Assembly: GCA_020848055.1 (NCBI GenBank)
Contig: JADLBB010000185.1
Span: 1 to 56,901, forward strand
Source: Chloroflexota bacterium
Lineage (GTDB): Bacteria > Chloroflexota > Limnocylindria > QHBO01
Direction of reading: 5' to 3'
DNA length: 56,901 nucleotides
The notes under the pieces were generated by a model. It did not search any database, was not told the DNA's origin, and saw only the letters and a program-made list of their open reading frames with translations. Below, in pieces: positions 50,488 through 56,901 of the stretch (the first letter of the stretch is position 1; each line of letters begins with the position of its first letter). The position numbers and the translations under genes were made by a program.

Positions 50488-53304
50488 ATGACCCCCCAAC
50501 AATTCGTCGCCACCTGGAAGAACGTCACCCAGACCGAGCGCGCCACGTCGCAGACGCACTTCAACCATCTCTGCCAGCTGCTCGGCGTCGACGACCCGGT
50601 CACCGGTGACCCGACCGGCCAGACGTACGCATTCGAGCCGGGCGTCCGCAAGTCGAGCGGTGGCCAGGGATGGGCGGACGTCTGGAAGCGTGGGCACTTC
50701 GGGTGGGAGTACAAGGGGCCAGGGCGCGACCTCGAGGCGGCGTACCGCCAGCTGCTCAACTACAAGGACGCCCTCGAGAACCCGCCGCTGCTGATCGTCA
50801 GCGACATCCAGACGATCATCGTCCGCTCCAACTTCACGAACAGCGTCCAGCGCACTCGCGTGTTCACCGTCGAGGGGATGCTGGACCCGGCCGAACGCGA
50901 CGCGCTGCGTGCCATCTGGACAAACCCCGAGGCGTTCAGGAGCCGACGGACCACCGAGGCCGTCACACGGGAGGCGGCGACGCAGTTCGCCAAACTCGCC
51001 GACCATCTGCGCGCCAAGGATGTGGCGCCGGACGCGGCCGCCCACTACCTGATCCGGCTGCTGTTCTGCCTCTTCGCCGAAGACATCGGGCTGCTGCCGA
51101 AGAGCCTGTTCACGACGCTGGTGCACAGCGGTCATCGCCAGCCGGAGCGCTTCAACAACCAGCTCCGCACACTCTTCGCGGCGATGAGCACCGGTGGCTA
51201 CTTCGGCGCCGATGACATCCTCCACATCAACGGCCGGCTGTTCGACAGTGCTGCCGTGATCGACCTGGACAGCGACGCCCTGTGGATCCTGAAGGGGGTC
51301 TGCGACCTGGACTGGTCGGCGATCGAACCCGCGATCCTCGGCACGCTGTTCACGCGCTCGCTTGACCCGGCGATGCGCGCCCAGCTCGGCGCGCAGTACA
51401 CGAGCCGTGACGACATCCTGCTCGTCGTCGAGCCGGTGCTCATGGCGCCGCTGCGTCGTCGATGGGCGGAGGTGAAGGCGCAGGCCGAGGCGATCGCGGC
51501 CGAGCGCGACACTGCGCCGGCGGGGAGCGCGCGGACGAAGAAGGATAACCAGCTGCGCGCCGTCCTCGTCGCCTTCGCGCAGGAGCTCGCCCGCATCCGC
51601 GTCCTCGACCCCGCCTGCGGCAGCGGCAACTTCCTCTACGTCGCCCTCCTGTTGCTGCTCGACCTCTGGAAGGAGGTCTCGACCGCCGCTGCGGACTTCG
51701 GGCTGTCACTGCTCATGCCGACCGATGACCAAGCTCCGTCGCCAGCGCAGCTGCACGGCATCGAGATCAACGAGTACGCCCACGAGCTGGCGCAGGTGAC
51801 GATCTGGATCGGCTACATCCAGTGGATGCGCGACAACGGGTTCGGGCGGCCGGGCGAGCCGGTGCTCAAGCCGATCGACACGATCGAGCATCGGGACGCA
51901 ATCCTGGCGTTCGACGCGGAGGGGAGGCCGGTTGAGCCGGAGTGGCCGGCGGTGGATGTGGTCGTCGGGAATCCGCCCTTCCTGGGCACGAAGCTGATGC
52001 GTGCAGGTCTCGGTGATGCCATTGTCGATCGCCTCTTCGAACTGTACGACGGCAAGGTGGCGCGGGAGTCCGACCTCGTCGTCTATTGGTTCCACCGTGC
52101 TCAGCAACTCGTGGCCAGCGGCCGACTCAAGCGCGTGGGTCTGCTTGCCACGAACTCCATCCGAGGAGGCGCGAATCGTCGCGTCATCGAGGACATCAAG
52201 CGAAGTGGCGACATCTTCATGGCATGGAGTGACCGCCCTTGGATTCTGGACGGCGCCGCCGTAAGGGTGTCAATGGTCGGGTTCGACGACGGCTCGGAGC
52301 ACGACCGCAACCTCGACGGCATGTCCGTCTCCGAGATCCACTCCGACTTGACGAGCGGCGGCGCAGATCTGACTCAGGCAGTACGGCTGGTCGAGAACGT
52401 CGGGCTCGCGTTCATGGGCGACACGAAGGGCGGCGCGTTCGACGTCAATGATGTGACTGCGACGGCGATGCTGGCCGCCAAGGGCAACCCAAATGGTCGA
52501 CCAAACAGCGACGTCGTGCGGCCCTGGGTGAACGGCATGGACCTGACGCGTCGACCGCGGGGGATGTGGATCATCGACTTCGGCATCGATTCCACGCAGG
52601 ACTCTGCATCGGGCTACGAGCGGCCGTTCGAACACGTCGTGTCACACGTGAAGAAAGACCGTGACCGCAATCGTCGCGACGCCTATCGCCTGCGCTGGTG
52701 GCTTCACATGGAGCCTCGTCCAGCGATGCGCCAGGCTCTGGCATTACTACCGCGCTTCATCTGCACGCCTCGGGTGTCAAGCCATCGGGTGTTTGTCTGG
52801 CTGTCCCCACCGACACTCCCAGACAGCGCCACAATAGCCATCGCGCGCGACGATGACTACTTCCTTGGCGTCCTCCACTCCCGCGCCCACGAGCTGTGGT
52901 CGCTCCGCATGGGCACGTGGCTGGGCGTCGGCAATGATCCGCGCTACACGCCGACGACCACGTTCGAGTCGTTCCCCTTCCCCTGGCCCCCCGGCCACGA
53001 GCCGGCCGACGACCACCGCGTCCTCACAATCGCCACCGCCGCCCGCGAGCTCGTCGAGCAGCGCGACCGCTGGCTCAACCCCGATGAAGCCACCGAGGCT
53101 GAGCTGAAGAAGCGGACGCTCACCAACCTGTACAACCAGCGGCCGACGTGGCTTGACCTCGCACACCGGAGGCTAAATGAGGCGGTGCTGGACGCGTTCG
53201 GGTGGCCTCGGGACTTAGGGGACGAGGAGCTGCTGGAGCAACTCTTGGCGCTGAATCTTGATCGGGCGAGTCGATCTGCAGCGACGGACAGGGTCACCAA
53301 GTGA
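50488..53304 (+). CDS. MmeI-family type IIL (IIG) restriction-modification enzyme: N-terminal D-X9-E-X-K nuclease, gamma-class N6A methyltransferase and TRD
   Basis: GWADVWKRGHFGWEYKG gives D64-X9-E74-X-K76. Motif I is VLDPACGSGNFL and motif IV is VVGNPPF. The 938-aa size and domain order match the MmeI family. GGAGG upstream. Confidence 0.75.
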   Translation: MTPQQFVATWKNVTQTERATSQTHFNHLCQLLGVDDPVTGDPTGQTYAFEPGVRKSSGGQGWADVWKRGHFGWEYKGPGRDLEAAYRQLLNYKDALENPPLLIVSDIQTIIVRSNFTNSVQRTRVFTVEGMLDPAERDALRAIWTNPEAFRSRRTTEAVTREAATQFAKLADHLRAKDVAPDAAAHYLIRLLFCLFAEDIGLLPKSLFTTLVHSGHRQPERFNNQLRTLFAAMSTGGYFGADDILHINGRLFDSAAVIDLDSDALWILKGVCDLDWSAIEPAILGTLFTRSLDPAMRAQLGAQYTSRDDILLVVEPVLMAPLRRRWAEVKAQAEAIAAERDTAPAGSARTKKDNQLRAVLVAFAQELARIRVLDPACGSGNFLYVALLLLLDLWKEVSTAAADFGLSLLMPTDDQAPSPAQLHGIEINEYAHELAQVTIWIGYIQWMRDNGFGRPGEPVLKPIDTIEHRDAILAFDAEGRPVEPEWPAVDVVVGNPPFLGTKLMRAGLGDAIVDRLFELYDGKVARESDLVVYWFHRAQQLVASGRLKRVGLLATNSIRGGANRRVIEDIKRSGDIFMAWSDRPWILDGAAVRVSMVGFDDGSEHDRNLDGMSVSEIHSDLTSGGADLTQAVRLVENVGLAFMGDTKGGAFDVNDVTATAMLAAKGNPNGRPNSDVVRPWVNGMDLTRRPRGMWIIDFGIDSTQDSASGYERPFEHVVSHVKKDRDRNRRDAYRLRWWLHMEPRPAMRQALALLPRFICTPRVSSHRVFVWLSPPTLPDSATIAIARDDDYFLGVLHSRAHELWSLRMGTWLGVGNDPRYTPTTTFESFPFPWPPGHEPADDHRVLTIATAARELVEQRDRWLNPDEATEAELKKRTLTNLYNQRPTWLDLAHRRLNEAVLDAFGWPRDLGDEELLEQLLALNLDRASRSAATDRVTK

Positions 53305-53384
53305 CGCATGCGAGCGCGCCATTCGCATTCGGCCGACTGGCATGAGCAGCCACGAGTCGAACTGTATGCCGAGAGGAGAAGGCT

Positions 53385-54194
53385 GTGTCCAGGAAACGGC
53401 GTGACGACACTCAATCTGCAGCAGACGCACTCGAAGCCGCCGCAAAGGCGATGCAGGGAATGCAGTCCATAGCGGTGTCCGGAACGATGTCGCCGCCGCC
53501 CGCCACCGGCCGCGTCACGGCCATGTCCCCTCGGCACTCAACCGATCGCGAGGGCACGGCATCGACAAATCCCGACATGACCATCGACCGCGCCTTTGCT
53601 CAGTTCGAGGGCTGGCACCTTGGCATCGCCACGAAGTGCCTCGACATTCCACACGGGGCGTTCGGCGCGCTGTGCATCGCCTTCAGCTACTTCGAGACAG
53701 TCTGGCAGCTCACCAGAGGAGAGTCGAGCAAGGGGAGGAGTTCCGAGGCGTTTCGTGAGGGGCTCCTCCTGGTCTTCCCGGCACTCGATGCATGCTCCGA
53801 GTCCGATCTCAAATCGCTCAGCGAGGCGCTCTATGGCGGCTTCCGGAACTCGTTCTTCCACAACATGATCGTCGGTCATAGCGTCGCGATCGCGGTCTAT
53901 CCCTGGCTCCTCCTCATGCTCAGGGACGGTACTCCCGTTTTGGCGCTGTCGAACGATGGCGCCATGTTCGGCACAAGCGAGCTGCCAGATGAGTATGGTG
54001 TCGACGCTCGACGCTATGCGGGCACGCAAGGCGACTTCATCTGCCTGAATCCCCACACATTCATCCCGGCGCTGGTCAGTCACCTAGGCCAGTTCCGGAC
54101 AGAGATCGAGACCGGTACGGACGATGGCAAGGATCGCTTTCTCCGTGGCTACTGGGGGCTGCTGGGCGCTCGCCCGGAGGGTCAGCCCAATTAG
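53385..54194 (+). CDS. Hypothetical protein with an Rx4H (HEPN-like) motif
   Basis: AGGAG lies 8 nt upstream of the GTG at 53385. The predicted helical protein contains GGFRNSFFHN (R154-x4-H159). An alternative ATG lies at 53577. Confidence 0.45.
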   Translation: MSRKRRDDTQSAADALEAAAKAMQGMQSIAVSGTMSPPPATGRVTAMSPRHSTDREGTASTNPDMTIDRAFAQFEGWHLGIATKCLDIPHGAFGALCIAFSYFETVWQLTRGESSKGRSSEAFREGLLLVFPALDACSESDLKSLSEALYGGFRNSFFHNMIVGHSVAIAVYPWLLLMLRDGTPVLALSNDGAMFGTSELPDEYGVDARRYAGTQGDFICLNPHTFIPALVSHLGQFRTEIETGTDDGKDRFLRGYWGLLGARPEGQPN

Positions 54195-54570
54195 CAACTG
54201 GCCAGCGGCGCGTCGACGCGCACGTCTTGTCCCCGCGTTATCCCCATCTCATCCACACCCAGCCCACCCCCGTGCAACCCAACCCCCCGTCCTGCGTATA
54301 GCCCCCACCAAGCGCGACAAGGCGACCGCGGGATTGCGCCCCACGGCCGCCCATAGCGGGTTGAGGTAACCCGCCGTAACAGAGTATACGCGCCGTGCAT
54401 TGGAGGTGATGCACCGTGGAAGACCCCCCACCAGAACCCAGCGCCGCCCGCGCGCGCCACCAGCCGCCACGCGCCCTCAGGCGCTCCTGGCCGCGGCGTA
54501 GCACCGGCACGCAAGGCGGTCGCCGGCGGCGCTGAGTCCGACCCCCAACGACAACTTAACGCCTGGGCCC

Positions 54571-54613
54571 TTGCCACCCCTGGCCGTGTCCGTACAATAG
54601 AACACCCGTTCTA
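54571..54613 (+). promoter_or_regulatory. Strong promoter overlapped by a perfect palindromic LexA-type box
   Basis: TTGCCA-N16-TACAAT. TAGAAC-ACCC-GTTCTA (54598-54613) starts at the last base of the -10 element. Confidence 0.65.
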
Positions 54614-54640
54614 ATTGTGCTTGCGCGAAGGGATTCGGCA

Positions 54641-54916
54641 ATGGCTCTCGGCACCGGCTCTGGAACTGTCCCCCACGGCGACGCTCCGGTGCGGCTCTTC
54701 ATCACCTGCGATGTCGGCCGCCAGCGCTTCAGCTTCCGGTCGTTCATCGGACCCTTCGGCGTCGACGAGGAGTCGACGTTGATCGAGCAGAGCGGCGTGG
54801 ACGACATCCACACTGAGGCGGTCCTCGCTGCAGCGTCGGAGTTCGCTCACGACCTCCGGACTACGATCGAGGCCATCCTTCGGCGCGATGCAGTGGAGGC
54901 GAACCAGGACCGGTGA
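54641..54916 (+). CDS. Small protein (91 aa) under the boxed promoter; antirepressor candidate
   Basis: AAGGGA upstream of the ATG at 54641 (the ORF opens at GTG 54617). No recognisable domain. Confidence 0.5.
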   Translation: MALGTGSGTVPHGDAPVRLFITCDVGRQRFSFRSFIGPFGVDEESTLIEQSGVDDIHTEAVLAAASEFAHDLRTTIEAILRRDAVEANQDR

Positions 54917-54962
54917 CAGCTCACGGGATGGCGGATTGCCGCCTTCCCCTGTCCACAGTGCG

Positions 54963-55006
54963 TGATATACTGGCGCAGGTGTTCTATAGAACGCTTGCAC
55001 TAGTTC
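54963..55006 (+). promoter_or_regulatory. Extended -10 promoter with GTTCTA/TAGAAC half-sites in a non-canonical arrangement
   Basis: TGaTATACT (54963-54971). GTTCTATAGAAC (54981-54992) is followed by GAAC-N10-GTTC. Confidence 0.4.
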
Positions 55007-55033
55007 CGCGCTGTGTCACCGTGGGAGCCCTGG

Positions 55034-55657
55034 ATGAACAAGCGAATCCCGCCGGCACCGGCCGGCATGGCGCGCGACGAGTGGATCGCTCTCGAAACCG
55101 CGTCGCTCCTTGAGGCCTTCGGCGACGCCGACTTCGACGAGGCCCTCTGCCGCCGACTTGCCGCCCTCGAGCTCGACATCGACGTCGACACCGACGACGG
55201 CGGCCTATCGCCCGAAGAGCGCTTCAACGCCGAGATCCTCATGCACGAGGGCCTCGACAACGCCTGGGCCCGCCAGGTCGCACAGGCGCTCACGCGAGTT
55301 GACCTCGGCAAGCTGCTCATCGGCAGCCGCATCGCCGCCCAGGCGCTCGGCACGAACCGCAACACCATCCGCACGAACATGGTCGAGGACCGCCTCCCGG
55401 CCCGCATCGTCCACGTGGCTGAGGGTCGCCAGGAGGTCATCGCCTTCTCGACCGGCCGCGTCCTCTTCACGCGCGAGTGGCAGCGGCGCTACCCCCGCAC
55501 CGGCGGTCCCGTGAGCGGCTTCCCGCCGCGCGCGCCGTACAACGCGTCCCGCCGCCGGGTCGTGCGGACGGGCGTCCTCGACCGCGGCACCCTGGCTGAG
55601 ATGGACCGCGCCGGGGCGGCGCCAGCCAGTCCACGAGAGGACGGCACCGGCGCTTGA
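55034..55657 (+). CDS. Excisionase/RDF-like HTH protein (HTH_17/MerR-like)
   Basis: GGGAG lies 6 nt upstream of the ATG. LIGSRIAAQALGTNRNTIRTNMVEDRLPARIVHVAEGRQ fits the Xis-type HTH pattern. It lies directly upstream of int. Confidence 0.5.
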   Translation: MNKRIPPAPAGMARDEWIALETASLLEAFGDADFDEALCRRLAALELDIDVDTDDGGLSPEERFNAEILMHEGLDNAWARQVAQALTRVDLGKLLIGSRIAAQALGTNRNTIRTNMVEDRLPARIVHVAEGRQEVIAFSTGRVLFTREWQRRYPRTGGPVSGFPPRAPYNASRRRVVRTGVLDRGTLAEMDRAGAAPASPREDGTGA

Positions 55658-55707
55658 CGTGACCCGCGTAACGACTAGAATGGACGTTCTAGAGAACGCC
55701 CGTTCTA
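55654..55707 (+). promoter_or_regulatory. int promoter with two tandem LexA-type boxes
   Basis: TTGACG-N16-TAGAAT. Box 1 is TAGAAT-GGAC-GTTCTA (55676-55691, which includes the -10). Box 2 is GAGAAC-GCCC-GTTCTA (55692-55707). GGAGG and the ATG follow. Confidence 0.65.
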
Positions 55708-55720
55708 ATTTGGAGGTTGT

Positions 55721-56773
55721 ATGAACGCGCCGTCGCCTGACTCCACCGTCGCCGCCTACCTCGACTGGTGGGCCTCCACGCACGTCGCGCGCCTGCGCAC
55801 GAACACCCGCGAGAACTACCTGAAGGGCGTCGAACTCTACCGGCCGGAGCTGGGCAGCGTCCTCATGCGTGACCTCGGGCCGCAGCACCTGCAGCGGATT
55901 GTCGACGCCCAGGTCGAGGAAGCGCACTACTGCCCGAACACGATCCGGTTGTTCTTCGGCGTGATCCGCTCCGCCCTGCGCCGCGCGGCCGTCGAACACC
56001 GCCTGCTGGAGTACAACCCCGCACCGATGGTCCGGCTGCCATCACGCAACCCGGTCCGGTCCAAGGCCTTCGGCCGCGACGACGCCGTGGCGTTCATCAA
56101 CGAGGCCCTCGCTCCCGACGGCACGGGCGGGCGCCACTACCACGGCGTCATGCTGACGACGGCCATCAAGACCGGCATGCGCTTCGGCGAGCTGCGCGGC
56201 CTGCGGATCGACAACCTCGAGCTGCGCGACGCGCCGACCGGCAGCCTTGGAGGGATCGTCCGGATCTGTGAGCAGATCGCGTCCAACGTCTCGCGGGCCG
56301 AGTGGAGCGAGCCCAAGACCGTGGCCAGCCACCGCGAGATCCCGGTCTCGCCCGACCTCGCCGGCATCCTGCGGCGCCACCTCGAGCGGCTGGCCATCCA
56401 GCGGCGACGGGTCGGGACTCGGAAGTGGCAGGACAACCAGCTGGTGTTCCCGGCGCTCCGCGGCGGCCTGGTCATGAGCAAGGACCTGGCTTGGGCCAGA
56501 CGCACGATCGCCCTCTCGGCCGGCCTCTCACGGATCCCCACGATGCACTGTCTGCGTCATACCTATGCCACCCAATTGGCTAATGGACGCATCCGCCCTG
56601 AGGCTTTGCAGGAGGTCGTCGGGCACGCCGACATTCGGACCACGATGAACGTCTACTACGACGCGACCGAGGAGACGCTCGAAGAGGTCGCGGCCGCCGT
56701 GGCGGATTGGTCGCGTGAGGGGCTTGACAACAGACCACGCGCCGGATACAATGGACTTCGCCCGAACGGATGA
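55721..56773 (+). CDS. int: Tyrosine integrase
   Basis: N-terminal SAM-like core-binding domain. Catalytic residues are present in order: R (TGMRFGELRGL), K, HCLRH (H-x-x-R), GHADIRTT (H) and NVYYD (Y). Confidence 0.9.
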   Translation: MNAPSPDSTVAAYLDWWASTHVARLRTNTRENYLKGVELYRPELGSVLMRDLGPQHLQRIVDAQVEEAHYCPNTIRLFFGVIRSALRRAAVEHRLLEYNPAPMVRLPSRNPVRSKAFGRDDAVAFINEALAPDGTGGRHYHGVMLTTAIKTGMRFGELRGLRIDNLELRDAPTGSLGGIVRICEQIASNVSRAEWSEPKTVASHREIPVSPDLAGILRRHLERLAIQRRRVGTRKWQDNQLVFPALRGGLVMSKDLAWARRTIALSAGLSRIPTMHCLRHTYATQLANGRIRPEALQEVVGHADIRTTMNVYYDATEETLEEVAAAVADWSREGLDNRPRAGYNGLRPNG

Positions 56774-56774
56774 T

Positions 56775-56901
56775 CTACACGGGCGTTCGGTCGGAGATAA
56801 CAATTACATATCAGGATCAGTACGCATTTGGGTCCTTGAAACTTAGCAGGAACGTGCGTGCAATGATCTTGAAATCGAGGAGCAACGACCAATTTTCAAT
56901 A
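56775..56901. repeat. Terminal identity, copy 2 (identical to 1-127)
   Basis: Same 127-mer as 1-127. It lies immediately downstream of the int stop codon (56773). Confidence 0.95.

Larger units (their letters stand above)
1..56774. mobile_element. Complete temperate siphovirus-type phage genome (circularly closed contig)
   Basis: Full set of phage modules in canonical order, from int through lysis. The window start and end are identical over 127 bp. Confidence 0.85.

Noticed and set aside
54191-54577. 128-aa minus-strand ORF, and a 30-aa plus-strand ORF (54409-54501) with an apparent GGAGG
   Set aside because: Both have extreme Arg/Pro/Gly/Ala/Trp composition inside a strand-biased non-coding tract. 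Neither has a supporting context.

Overview
This window is one complete temperate, siphovirus-type phage genome with high GC. The first 127 bp (1-127) are identical to the last 127 bp (56775-56901). That pattern fits a circularly closed assembly, leaving about 56,774 bp of unique sequence. The gene order is modular. (i) 55.7-0.9 kb holds the lysogeny module: a tyrosine integrase, an AT-rich putative attP, a terminator, a repressor-like protein made only of a LexA DNA-binding domain, and tRNA-Met(CAT). (ii) 1.2-2.8 kb holds a reverse-strand operon for two envelope or secreted proteins with Pro/Thr-rich linkers, which looks like lysogenic conversion. (iii) 2.9-13.1 kb holds a wHTH regulator, then a tightly coupled early operon. 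This operon encodes a Sak4-like AAA_24 ATPase, an AP2-like protein, a replication organiser with a DnaA-N-like tail, a membrane and lytic-transglycosylase module, and a ParB-DNA methylase. (iv) 13.1-15.0 kb holds four copies of one conserved promoter (one inverted), each driving a small gene that ends in its own hairpin. (v) 15.0-43.2 kb holds the structural genes: terS, terL, a portal-MuF fusion, protease/scaffold, capsid, connectors, tail tube, chaperones, a 1995-aa tape measure, and tail tip and fibre proteins including a LamG protein. (vi) 43.2-46.3 kb holds the lysis cassette, with two LysM enzymes and membrane proteins. (vii) 46.4-54.2 kb is an accessory island of visibly lower GC. It encodes a GHKL-ATPase fused to a PD-(D/E)xK (Shedu/DUF4263-like) nuclease, a small SOS-box-preceded gene, an SDH/ClpP-fold serine protease, an MmeI-family type IIL restriction-modification enzyme, and a protein carrying an Rx4H (HEPN-like) motif. 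(viii) 54.2-55.7 kb holds a switch region. Strong sigma70-type promoters here overlap TAGAAC-N4-GTTCTA palindromes (Gram-positive/Chloroflexi-type LexA boxes) in front of a small gene, an Xis-like gene and int. The best candidates for something new are the accessory island, above all the GHKL-nuclease fusion and its neighbours, and the LexA-box network paired with a phage LexA-DBD-only protein. All functional calls come from reading motifs and synteny by eye. No database search was run, and many start codons are uncertain by a few codons.
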